A DNA stretch of 63,781 bases, counting the filler, from Dirinaria sp. TL-2023a (Eukaryota): assembly GCA_051941275.1 (NCBI GenBank). It is 10 parts of 10 records of this genome, joined end to end, with 100 filler letters (N's around TTAATTAATTAA, not from the genome) between each part and the next. Parts side by side here need not be neighbours in the genome. Positions count along the whole stretch, not along the records: positions 44,754 to 51,031 come from JAVEBF010001506.1; positions 51,132 to 57,408 come from JAVEBF010001507.1; positions 57,509 to 63,781 come from JAVEBF010001508.1; 7 more parts are not named here. One strand, written 5' to 3'. The notes under the pieces are model-generated. The model did no database searches. It was not told where the DNA came from and saw only the letters and a program-made list of their open reading frames with translations. The position numbers were made by a program, and so were the translations under genes. Positions 50,249 through 62,251 of this stretch are shown here, piece after piece; the first letter of the stretch is position 1, and each line of letters begins with the position of its first letter.

Positions 50249-51134
50249 TCTTCGTTCGTAAGGGCCGAGGGAGCAAGCCAGCAATGCACAACGCTTGAGC
50301 GAATTCTCACGGCGCACTGTTGTTTCAATGCAGCTGTCGAGGTCACTTGACCTCGGGGATGGTGGAGAGGCAGGCTGATGATCGGCATGTAGGGTAGGAG
50401 TTTATCGACGCCGCAACATGAAACGCATCCCCGACAAACGAGCTTCGAGGACGAATTTAGCCTGATGGCGTACGGAACCGGCCGACGAATACGTGGAACG
50501 TTGGTGCGGCGAAGCGCAAAGGCTATTCTCGTCCAGCGGATTGGTGTTGAACTTGGGAGGGACAGAGAACGGGGTGGAAAAGGGCGTCGATAATTGGGGA
50601 TTGGGAACCTCGATCAGAGTCAGGGTAGGATGGGATCAGTTATCACACAGCGAAGATCGGGAGGTGGGGGCTGAAGGGTGGTAGGTAAGGTCGTTGAAGG
50701 AAGGACGAGGTGCATTCAAGGTGGTATCATATCATGTACACGTAAGTAAGGTAGGAGATCTCTTGACCAAGTGACAGAACAGTAATAATGGAACAGGAAT
50801 GAATCATGGTGAGGTAGTAGTAGGTAGGTTGAGTAGAGTTGCGCAGGAGGGAAAAAGACCAAGCAGGCAGGAGTAGCTTAGTCAGCATCACTGGATTACT
50901 GGAGGGTTTGGTAAGTAGATTACTATGTAAGTAAGTATTGTAGAGTAACGGAAGAGCCCAGCTAAGGTAAGAGCACCGATGGCAGCTCGGCAGAATCTGG
51001 GTGTCGGTGTCTGGGACGGGGAGATCGGGGANNNNNNNNNNNNNNNNNNNNNNNNNNNNNNNNNNNNNNNNNNNNTTAATTAATTAANNNNNNNNNNNNN
51101 NNNNNNNNNNNNNNNNNNNNNNNNNNNNNNNATT

Positions 51135-51303
51135 CCAAGGTTACCACGTAGCACGGTGGTGGTGTAGCGGCAGGACTCCGCGAAAGGCCTTGGCTTTCCA
51201 TAGTCTAACCCCCACCCGATACGGCTGCACCATTTTTTGGCAATCCTAAGGTACATAAGCTACAAGGTCGGAGGTTCGAATCCTGACATGCCTATTTTTT
51301 TTT
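51135..51303 (+). ncRNA. Putative Pol III structured ncRNA / tRNA-derived element, copy 1
   Basis: A box TGGTGTAGCGG 51160-51170; T6 51233-51238; B box GGTTCGAATCC 51273-51283; T-run 51295-51303. Stems CCAAGGTT/GGCCTTGG, GCGG/CCGC and TGGTGTAGC/GCTGCACCA. Confidence 0.6.
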
Positions 51304-51480
51304 CCTTTGCTCTTAAAGCTGTTGGCTTATTCAAACTCAAACAGAGAAAACATTACATGTAAATTGATTGCAACTTAAATGACTTAAGGTTACCGTAGAG
51401 TAATATGGTGGCTTAACGGTATAGATAATTGAAATGAAGGGAGAAAAAAGAATATATATTATAATTGTAACAAAGGTTTT

Positions 51481-51650
51481 TCAAGGTTACCACGTAGTAC
51501 GGTGGTGGTGTAGCGGCAGGACTCCGCGAAAGACCTTGGCTTTCCATCGTCTAACCCCCACCCGATACGGCTGTACTATTTTTTGGTATGTTTTGAGATA
51601 TCTTGTAAGGTTGGGGGTTCGAATCCGCATACTCACGTTTTTTTTTTTCT
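51481..51650 (+). ncRNA. Putative Pol III structured ncRNA / tRNA-derived element, copy 2
   Basis: TATA-like ATATATATTATAA about 30 bp upstream; A box 51506-51516; T6 51579-51584; B box GGTTCGAATCC 51616-51626; long T-run from 51638. Core near-identical to copy 1. Confidence 0.6.
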
Positions 51651-51808
51651 TTTTTTTCTTTTCTCGCTTAACGTTGGAAATATAAATAGAAAACAAGGAG
51701 TAAGAGTCTTAGATCATATAGCAAGCTTGTGACTGAATGGCATAGAGAATTCAAATGGAAAAAAAGAAAACAGAAAAAAAGTATATATATAATGATTGGG
51801 ACAAACAT

Positions 51809-51960
51809 CCCAGAGGTTACCACGTAGACGGTGGTGGTGTAGCGGTAAAGTGTCCAGTGTCCGCGAACAACTTTGGCTTCCCATCGTCCCACACCCACCT
51901 TATACGGCTGCACCCATTTATTTATTTTTGCTGAGAGTTCGAGTCCTCATGTGCGCAGAA
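51809..51960 (+). ncRNA. Putative Pol III structured ncRNA / tRNA-derived element, copy 3 (divergent)
   Basis: TATATATATAA at 51782; A box 51835-51845; GCGG/CCGC stem kept with an expanded loop; ATACGGCTGCACC then a T-rich tract; B-box-like AGTTCGAGTCC 51936-51946. Confidence 0.55.
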
Positions 51961-52608
51961 TTTCCCCCCCCCCCCAATTTGACACGCTGGGTCGGATGTC
52001 TTGATTGCTATATTATATGAAGGCGTCTCCGCACTCTTTACGTGTTCCCGACAATGCCGGCTTGTATTCTTCCGTTACAGTTACAATTAGGACTAGTAAT
52101 TGCCGATATACTGTTGGCTTGAAGTAGAATCCCACCTGAGCGTTCAGAAGCCGGTCATTATTACATTCAATATTTTGATACTCTAGGGGCATGCCGAAGC
52201 GTTCCTCTTAGATATCGAGAGCTCATGCACTACCCATAATTCCATCATAACCTGACTTTATGAATGAGTTACATTTATATAGAGCGCTAGTAGAGAAATT
52301 ATGGAAGACGATTTCAGAGGCAAAAGGGATCGCATACAACTGCTGAATATAGACTTTTCCCCGGATCTGCCTCTACGTCTTGGCAAGCGGCTAGATCCGC
52401 CCAATTACGTAAATGTCCCGAAGTCTCTAATTTCAGCCCATGTTGCACATCCACCCAATTTGTCCGCATACTTTGCCTTTCTCTTCCTTCTCCCCCTCCT
52501 TCTCCGCCTCCTTCTCTCGCTTACGTACCAGAAGAATGATTCTCCATATCCCCATACGCTCTTGAGATCGCAGACATATCCTCGCTAATTTGAATGCTAT
52601 AGCACCGC

Positions 52609-53734
52609 ATGGGGCCACCAACTGGAGGTCTCAACCTCGACATTACAGCCCTTAGCGGCATCTGTGGGTTCGTACTACCCACCGTTGCTCTCTTGCGACG
52701 AATGCTAAATCGGGTGACCTAGTTCAATATCAATAGCCTGCTGGATCGTGGTATTCACACCTCAAATACTCGAGAACTTCCAGCGCCATTCTGCCAGCGG
52801 CCTATCCCTTCTTTTCATTATTACCTGGCTCCTTGGCGATGTCTTCAATATCCTTGGCGCTATTTTACAAGGCGTCCTTCCCACCATGACGATTCTAGCA
52901 GTCTACTACACCCTCGCTGATCTCGTTTTACTCGGGCAATGTTTCTACTACCGAGGCTGGACATTGAGCGATTACCCTAACGAGGAAGAGGAGGAAGAAG
53001 AGGAAGAGGAGAGACCTTTACTTTGGAGGGACGATCCGCCAGTTTCCCAGCGAAAGCATTTGAGTGCAGCAGACGCGGGTAGGAGGCCCAGTGGCGGCTC
53101 GTTCGGGTCATTCCACGAACACCTGCGGGCAGTGGATGGGACGCATTTGTCGCCTGCAACGCCACTGCGGCCGGCTTCGAAAGCTACCGATACTCCTCCT
53201 TCGCATGCTGTCAAGACCCAGTCGGCACTTATAGCCACGATGTACAATAGCAGCGCCATACTTCTTGTCTGCGCAGTAGGGGTTTTCGGATGGTGGCTTT
53301 CTACGCGACAATATCCGTATCACAGACACGGGGATCAAAGCACGCCTGTGGAAAAACAAGTGCATTTTGACCTCTGGGGCCAGATCTTCGGGTATCTGTG
53401 CGCGGTTCTGTATCTGGGGAGCCGGATTCCGCAATTATTGCTCAACTTCAGAAGGAAAAGCACGGAGGGCGTTAGTATGCTGTTCTTCCTCTTCGCCTGT
53501 GTTGGGAACCTTACCTACGTCTTGTCGATCTTCGCGTATGAGCCAAGCTGTGCGCGATTGGCAAGCGTTGACGAGCTGCGGGAGTGTGAGCAAGGAGAAT
53601 GGAGCCATGAATACGGTCGCTACATCCTTGTCAATACCAGCTGGCTCATTGGCAGCGCTGGAACCTTATTGTTGGATCTGATGATCTTTGCGCAATTCTG
53701 GATATATCGCGGGAAGACGGAGGCGGAATCTTGA
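52609..53734 (+). CDS. PQ-loop vacuolar cationic amino acid transporter (Ypq1/Rtc2-like), 2 exons
   Basis: ALSGICG|SISIACWIVVFTPQILENFQRHSASGLSLLFIITWLLGDVFN; GQIFGYLCAVLYLGSRIPQLLLNFRRKSTEGVSMLFFLFACVGN; WLIGSAGTLLLDLMIFAQF. Confidence 0.93.
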
Positions 53735-55056
53735 GTAAAGACTTGCTGCGGATCATCCATCTCCGAAATGTCGATTACGTTGGAAAACAATAAAAAAAGT
53801 ATGGAGTCTTGGGCAGGATCAAAAGTTGCCAAATTTTATAGCATGGGCGCCACGAAGGGGAAAAAAAGGGCAAGTCGGCTACTCAAAAAAACAAAAGGAG
53901 GGAATTCTCGTCGCAGGTTGGGAAAAAGTCCTCGTTTTTGTTTTATGTATATACCGCGAAAGAAGCTTCTGTCGATATTGCTCGTCTTGGGTCATTTTAT
54001 AGGATGGGTATCGAAACTGGGAATTTCGTTTGTGTGTGTATATATGGATAACTAGGAAAAATATCTGTGCATATCATTAAGCTTTGAAACTCACAATTCC
54101 GATTTTAGAAAAGATCCTTGATTTCAACTTGAAAACCACTATCCGAATATTCTTCTACCACCTTAAGGTGCCAACGTCCTTCCGGCCCGCAACCCTGTCC
54201 GCCCGCAACCAGGAAGAAAAAGCCTCCAGGGAGTCCCGGCCCCCTCAACAGAACCAATGTCCAATATCCACCTTTTTTTTTTCGCCAGCCACAATATCTT
54301 CCATCCACCTCGATTCTCTCACACCCCCTTCTCAATCTCGTACCGCAAGATATTCTATACCCTGCTATGCCTTAAAGAATACAATACACTAAACCTCTTC
54401 CGCACGGGGATTCCCTTTCCGCAGAATGCCCCGCCCCGTCACCAGGCTCTCACCCTCGAATCCTAGTCCAGTCCAGCGCCGGAACGTCCACGGCAAAGGC
54501 TGCGAGGATCAATTTAAAAACCTGCTACGAGAACTATTCTTTGGCATTAGATTGTCAAAGGCAAGAGAGAAAACTTAGAAGTGGATAGTGACTACCGAGG
54601 TAGAAGAATTGTGCAGCTGCATCTCATGTACATTAAAATTCAACCTGACACTGAATGCTCTCCATTATGATATTTGCTGGCAGTAAGGTCACGATAGCTT
54701 CAGCAGGTCATGACCTGGACTGAGACAGACCGGGTATGCTCACGTGAATACGTGGGAAAGGGACAATAAAACCTATAGTTGTTTTGGAAAATGCAAGGAT
54801 TCGGCGCCTGACAACGGAGCATTGAGGATACTTGCAAAGCTGACAGCCTTTCAAACGGATTTCGAGGTCTAGAAATCGGGGGACGATTGCGCACGCAAAT
54901 AGAAGGCGCCAGGAACACTCTTATTATTATCAAGCTAAAATCGCTTACGACTACCTTAGTGAACCATGACTCAGTGGAAAGACAATAATACACACAAATC
55001 TTCTCCAGCTCTCCCGATTCAGAAAGCTAGTCCGATCCGCGCGGCACACGCGACGA

Positions 55057-56287
55057 TTAGCGGAGAGCGTTCTCTTTCCTTGGGCCTTCTCCTTCGTCCG
55101 GGTCTACAGCGGCAAACTTGCGTTTACGTAGGTTATCTTCTAATGTAATGAGTATCACCTCCTGCGTGAGTGGAAACGATCCTTCATAGGCCAGGTTGCA
55201 GAGCAGGGACGGAATGATTGTGGCCAGCTTTGTCCCAATCTTAGCTTTCCCATCTGCTAAAACAACACTCTTTGAATCCAAGGCTTTGCCACTCTTAACA
55301 TCGATCATTTTGGCTTGCAACAAGTGATCTTTGAAGAGTTCCTTGCCCTTCCCACGCACGCTGGGCATCGAAGGTTGAGGTAGGAAGGAGTAGAGAACTG
55401 GCGATGCATGAATCTTGATGGCCAAATCCACTGCTGGCTCGATGACCTTTTCACGTAACAACAGAGAGCTTGTGTTGCTGCGCTTGACGATAGGAAAGTA
55501 TGGTACGATGCTGTTGAAGATAGATTCTGCAAGCTCTATCGTCGCTTCCTGGAGCCTGGCAGCGAAGACGACGGTCCCAGATACATCTGCCAACGTCTTG
55601 GTACGCCAGACTCTGGTAGCTTTTTCGTCTGCAGCAAGCTCAGTCAGCCCTGGACCAGATAGACTAATGTACCAAGAGGCCTTTCTTACCTTTATCCGGC
55701 TGGAGAGATTTCATACCGCTGTCAACGCCTTGGGGAGGTTCAGGCACATACGGTGAGAGGAGTGCCTTAAGAAAAGTGTCGTCTTTGAAGAGCTTGTCAT
55801 GTAACATCCACTGCAGGCGGTACTGAACATTATATTCTTGAGTACCATCGGGCAAGGAGGCTAGAAGCCACTTCGCACTTGGGTACTCATTGTCACCATC
55901 GAGTCTCGGAGGACTGTCATGGCGTTTCCGCCAACTGTCCAGATATGCAGGGATCTCATTCTCGATCCATTCGCATATCAAGATACCGAGATTTGCGTAC
56001 TCCTTGACTAACGCCGAACCTGGAACCTGACTCGCAGGCAGTCCTCGAAAGAGTTCGTCTTTCCATACGGCCAATACTTCTGCTAGCATCAAATTCTTCT
56101 CTCGCAAGGTAGCCAGCTCCCCTTCATCTTTCATCCTTGCCTCTTCTAGCAATTCTTGCATTCGCAGCGGTTTTCCGGTGAGCTGATCACTGATGGCGGC
56201 GTTCAGCTGGCGTATAAAATTAAGGTCACGACGCCGATCTTCTGAGCCAAGTTTGGATGTCATAACGTGCTTCCGAGAGGGATCCAT
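55057..56287 (-). CDS. Hypothetical protein with an N-terminal coiled coil (2 exons)
   Basis: The 231-aa and 178-aa ORFs join in frame through intron 55689-55629 (GTAAGA...GCTGAC...CTGCAG), giving ...QPDKDEKATRVWRTKTLADV.... Confidence 0.7.
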
Positions 56288-58747
56288 AGTCGATGCCTTG
56301 ATAAGATTCTGCTCGAAAATAAAGCTATGGGTCGCGGGTTCGTAGCAGAAATACCTCAAGGTAGTGGAAGAGAAGACAGTGCTACAAGGCTTGCCAAAAG
56401 GCTTTCGGGAGATCAGCTGTTTCCACCTTCCTGGCGGGAATCTCTTGCTTACTTAGGGATCTACAACTGGTAAGTAAATGGAAGGAGCGATGTTGTGAAG
56501 ATCTCTGAGGATTTCCTGCATTATGTCAAGTTCGCCTGCTGGGCTTGCTTACCTTATCTATGTATCCTTGTCTCTTTTTCTGTACCTCACATCGCTTTTC
56601 TCTTTAGCTTTCCCCGTCAGTGTGTGACTGCTGGAAGGCAATCAGCGGTACGAATGAGAGAAATCATGTGGAAGGTGAGGAGTGTACCCTATAAGCAAGG
56701 AAGGTAGGTACGCCAAAATTGTTGAGTCCTCATTCCACTAGCGTGGCTTTCAACTACCACAGGTGTACTAGCCCCATCCAATTGATGAGGTTTCTGAATC
56801 CGCTCCTTCAACCAAATCCTTTATTGCTGTTACATCCGATTTGTCCGTTGAGCTGGAAAGACGCTTGGCGTTGGCGGCGGCTGGTACTTTACCATAGCTT
56901 CGTCTGTCAAGGATCTTGGGTTGACCATTTCCATATTGCTCTGAGCCTTGTGGCCGTTTAAGAAACGCCTGAGATGGCGGACAATCGCATATTGACGATA
57001 GCGGTTGGCTTTCGAGGACTTTACCGAAAGGCTCGCTCCGAGTTTCTAGTTGGATATCAACAAGTAGCACGGATTATCCTAGCCTTGCCTTGGTACAAAC
57101 ATGAAAGGGCGCCTATCAGTCTTGGGGAGTTGTGATGTTGAGCCCGCCTCGACTTTCTCTGAAGCTAGAGATTCCGCCACCCATCATGTTGTTGCTTGAA
57201 GATACGTCGATAGGGTTGGCAGAATTGATTGGTGGCGGAGTCCCAACGTAAGTGCGGATCTCCACTTCACAATGCGAAGAAATCCTTCCAGCTCAGACCA
57301 TCGTACAGGGGAGTGGAACATGTCAGGCAGAAATACACGCGGGGCTTTCAAGCTTCAGATTTTGGTAGCGATATTAATCGTTTGAATCAGGACCTAGTCC
57401 AACTGATTNNNNNNNNNNNNNNNNNNNNNNNNNNNNNNNNNNNNNNNNNNNNTTAATTAATTAANNNNNNNNNNNNNNNNNNNNNNNNNNNNNNNNNNNN
57501 NNNNNNNNGTATGCAGAAGGGGGCCTTTTCTGGGACATGGTCAGATAATAATACTGCAATCCCACGCCAAGTGCCAGTGTCAAAACCCGGAAATCACTTG
57601 CCTAAGGCTCCTTGACTGTTTGTACCTTGCCTGAAGAGCGAAGAGGCTCAACCTCCATGTGCAGCATGATGCAGCAAGCGGCAGCAGCATCATCATCACC
57701 ATTGAGGAGCTGGTGCCAAGATACCGTATCCTCTATGAGTTGGCCCTACCTGAGGCCACGGGTATCTTCAGGAAGTCATGTATTCCCGGGCCATGTCGAT
57801 TACTGGCTCTGATGAAAGCCGCAGAAAAGCCTGGTCTAATCCGTGAGAGCTCTACCAATCTCCCCCCACCCCCATCCAAGCTGTGGTCGGCTATCGCAAT
57901 GGAAGTAAGCAACGGCCTGCATGCTGTTGCATGACCGTGGGAAGCCTGCATATCTCGAATACGACATGTTGCATCTGACTGATCACTTCAATTCAGCATC
58001 AGCTCCACCCCCCTTCGTACCACCGAATTTTAAACCTCATACTACGACTGTCCACACGAAAAAAGCTTCACCCGCCAAATCAGGCATCTGGTTCAACCCA
58101 ATACCTGCACGGCACGCACCCAACACCCCCCTCCCCCACCATCGTCCCTGGCGATATCGTCGAAGCGTGCCACCACAGCAGATCGCCTGCTGTCACATCA
58201 CACGTACAGCTGTCACCTGTTGTATCGTCAGCTCGGTAATCGCTGTCTGCACCATGGATCCTGCACGATGCTGTGCCACCCCACTCATCTCTCCTGTTAG
58301 GGCAGGGAACGGAGGACTGGCCCGAAAGAGCGTGACATACGTGACGGCGGAACCTTTCCGGAGGTAAGATGGGCTTTTGTTAAAAATCGGGCTGGAACCT
58401 GGCGCTACAGGAGCCACGCATTTTGCAAGAAAGAGGTTGAAACACTGCACGAGTGACATTTGACATCGGGCAAAAGCGGGCATTTTTAGCTGAGGGGTGG
58501 AGTACCCTCAGCAACGATCCTGCATTGGTGTGCCATAGAGCTCGCAGGTGCGCGTTGACAGACGTCAGGGGGAAACTGCTGTCAATGCTCACTGAGGTGG
58601 CTGCCAACAATGGTCGCCTTCGACAAACCCCCAGTTTGCTGACAGCAACTCACGAACCTTTCAAGACCGACCCATTTTCACTGCACAGAGTGATGTTCTT
58701 CCAACATTCCTCCCTGCGAGCTGTATTCAGGCAACCCCTAAACGACC

Positions 58748-60902
58748 ATGACCTTGAACAGAGTGACGGGCCAGTCGATAACGCGATCCATGGCCCCGCA
58801 ACCCACGGCAACGCCAAATCATCACCGTGAACGTGATGCAAGACGTTTTCCTACATCGCGGATCTCCCAGAGCACATATATCACCGCTGGCCAACAGATC
58901 GAAGGATCGAGTTCTGGCTATGAAAATGACTATCCCGGTGCCGTTGCCCTTCCCTGAACCAGTGGCTACGAACACTGACGGTTGAGCAGGCGGAGATGTT
59001 CAACAGATGAGCCCGGCAACAGACCTGTTTCGTCACAGAGGATTGGAAATCCTGCTTCCGGCCACATTGTCGGCCCAGGCATTGCCGCACGCGTCCAACG
59101 CAAGCCAATCAATCTCGCGGCCGAACATCGCCGTTAGCCCGGGAGAGCACCGTAATCATGTCGATACGCTAGCTAGCAGTGGTAATGCTGTCCCCCACTT
59201 CGACACGCCATTGGGGCACAATCAGAGCGTCGACCCCGACTTTAGACCCCCACGCGTTATCGTTGGCCTGGGAGCAGAAAGTACGAACCTTTCGCTGGTG
59301 CAAGCGCGGTCTGAAGCCGAGGCTTGGGTAGACTTTAGTGACTGGTTTGACCCAGACCGGCCTTATCCAGTGTATACCTCCAGGAGACCTAAGAATCTGC
59401 GTATTGCAGATTTTCTTAATCGGTGGAAAGCAAAGCGCGGACTCCAGGCGGCGGACCATTCAACCGCAAGTCTCAGCCATGTTCCAGCCATCAACCCTTG
59501 GCCCGACCATGGCGAGGTGCAGAAAGATCTTGAGGATAGAACAATTCTTGCCTCTGACCTTAGTCCTGAACGTTGTGACTTCCAGGGTTTTAACTGGGAG
59601 GCGCTCGGTACGACGGAGCACGCAGTTCATGAAATGCGTAGGAAGACTTATGTGCATCATGCGAACGAGATTCCTCATGCGTCTTCTCCGCAATATGTTG
59701 TTGTGAATGGACCCCGGCGCATGCGGCGATATCTCGATAAGAACGGCATGGGCTGGGCTAAAGACCTGGCAAACCATGACAGCCATTTTCGCTTTCGGCA
59801 GATGGATATGCGGCAGAAACCAGTCTTCGGTCATTTTCAGCTTCGCCATCTTATCTCGGCAAGTTCCAAGAACGCTGTATTCTATCCAGGCAATACAGAG
59901 GTCTTGTGTCTCAACCCGGAAACCGGAGATCAGGACGGTGTCATCTGCTTTGAACAGGATCGGCCTGATTTCATGGGCATCGCGATGAGAGGTGTAGCTA
60001 CGTTGACCGCCACCCACGATATGTTGATCGTTGGCGGATTTGAAGGCCAGTACGCGATCAAGTCCCTACTGACCGACAATGATAACGTCTACACCAAAGG
60101 CCGAATCACTACCTCGGTGCAAGATGGGAGCACAAATCACATCCATACCTATCTTGCCCGCCACAGTGGTTTGCCCCAAGCTGTTTTTTGCTCTAATGAT
60201 TCCCATGTTCGGACATTGGACTGCAACACTAATCGAGTTTTGATGAGCCGCCATACTGGCTGGCCCGTCAATTGTTCGGTGACAAGCCCAGACGGCCGAT
60301 TGCGACTTGTGGTAGGTGATAATTTGGAGCCGTGGATCATTGACGCGGATAGTGGGCAACGGCTTATTACTCTTCCCAACCACAAGGATTATGGCTTTGC
60401 TTGCGACTGGGCTCCGGATGGTGTCCATGTAGCTTCTGGTAATCAGGATGGCATTGTTCAGATTTTTGACTGCCGCAACTGGGTTCAACCTGTGCAAGTC
60501 CTTGCCGGCGAGTTGGCCGGCGTGCACACGTTGAAGTTTTCTCCCCTTGGCAGCGGTAAGCGCGTGCTCGCAATGGCCGAACCTGCGGACTACATCTCTG
60601 TGGTTGATGCGCAGACGTTTCAAAGCCAGCAGCGATTTCAGTGCCTGGGCGAAATCGGGGGACTGACGATTACACCCGATGGCTCGAAACTCTTCGTCGC
60701 CAACACCGACCCCGACTTCGGTGGCATTCTCGAATTCGATCGTGCCGGAGACGGCCAACTGTACGGCTTTGCCTGCGCTGACCGGTCAAGCAAAGGCGAC
60801 GAGTGGTGGACCGATCGGGACATGCAGCAAGATGATGAGATGTTGCACACGATGACGAAGCGTAAGCGGCGAGGACTGGATCTGGGAGAAGTTTTTTTCT
60901 GA
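58748..60902 (+). CDS. WD40-repeat protein (DUF2415/YGL176C-like)
   Basis: HFQLRHLIS; LIVGGFEGQY; STNHIH; VFCSNDSHVR; WPVNCSVTSPDGRLRLVVGD; HKDYGFACDWAPDG..ASGNQD; LKFSP..AMAEPADYISVVDA; GEIGG. A probable first exon 58748-58937 joins in frame via intron 58938-58989. Confidence 0.88.
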
Positions 60903-62251
60903 AATAGTCCTTAAGATACCCGGCTGCCGTTGGCCAGATGTATCTTACTAATATTTTCCAAGGTAAGGTCCATAATAGGCGGGCTACCGTGCCCGATGAT
61001 GATGATGCTGATGACGGTTATGATAATGATGATGATGGAGCTTCATTCTGTCTCCTCTTTTGACACTTCTTCTTATTTGGCAATCATTATTTGGATCTTT
61101 GTGTCAATTATCTTTTTGTTAAACATTCTGAGGACGTTATACTGCAGCGAGCATTAATTATTTAACCTTTGGCAAGATTTGCGACTCGAGGAGAGCTTTG
61201 CTTCATCACAGTTAAAAAAGTCCAAGACAATCATAACATCAGTCGCGAGTCAAAAGTCGCATTATTTATTACGGAGTTACTCTGCTTTCCCCACTCCTGG
61301 AAATGCTACAATGCGGGTTTCCGGCGGTCGCCTTGCGCAGAAAAGCTGGCTAACAAACACGGTATCTTACCACCATGATCATTATTATTATTTGCCCGAG
61401 GAAGGAAATGAGGTCTTAACAAAGCCAGGCTAAGGCAAATTGGGGATGGATACAGTTACAAGCGCCAGCAACGCACGGATTATTATTATTATCTAAATGA
61501 TGGTCGATGACGATCGCCGTCATGTAATTTGCAATCTTTAGCGAGCCAAAGCTCCCGCTTCTGCTTCCTTTGTACGAGGTACGAGTACCTCTTACGTTCA
61601 AGTATTATTAAGGTACTTCCACATCTCTCTTACACGAGGTATCGTTCAGCACTCTTTGACTCGGGAATCAACAGCGACTATGATTCTCCAAATTTCTGTG
61701 GATTTGCGACTATATTCTATGGAAGTATCTCCTCTGTGACCAGCTCCTCAGGCGCGTTGCTGGGCACAAAGCGCATTCGGGGGTGTATCTGCGGTTGTGG
61801 TTGAAGGATAATCTCCGCTACCCCAGATGTTTTGCCGCAGGCTAGCTAGTAGTAGGTACATTGCTACCAAACTACAGGCGCCGGCCATAAAAGGATTCGC
61901 TCTCTAAACCTCATCTGGATATTTTTCATTTCCCATGTCCGGCCCCCCTCAGCGCCATCGTTGATGATGTTCGCTCTTTCTGCTCTACTTTTCTCTTGTT
62001 CATCTTTAACTCTTTTACCTGGAGTTTTATTATAATTTTCTAGTAATTCTAATTCAAAATTGACACCTTTACTGCGTGTCTTCTCCCACCGCTTCACTCG
62101 TTCAGCGGCCTCTGCGTGACTGTTGCTATCTCAGATGATTACGATATTGTTAATATTTTTTTGAAAATATAAAGTACATTGTTATCATCCTTGAAATTTC
62201 AGAGGTCTATTTCTACCTTGGCTGCTTCGTTTCTCTTGAGACATTTCTACC

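Noticed and set aside
51135..51960. Calling the three repeats canonical tRNAs, U6, 5S, telomerase RNA, hammerhead ribozymes or a CRISPR array
   Set aside because: No anticodon arm and an internal T6; no ACAGAGA box; CTAACCC is only partial and absent in copy 3; no CUGANGA core; units are far too long for CRISPR and the host is a eukaryote.
6305..57508. Regularly spaced TTAATTAATTAA palindromes about every 6.4 kb
   Set aside because: Embedded in identical N44 pads: artificial six-frame-stop contig linkers, not biology.
56768..58400. Short ORFs flanking the last linker
   Set aside because: No recognisable domains; they could be gene ends or UTR but cannot be supported from the sequence.
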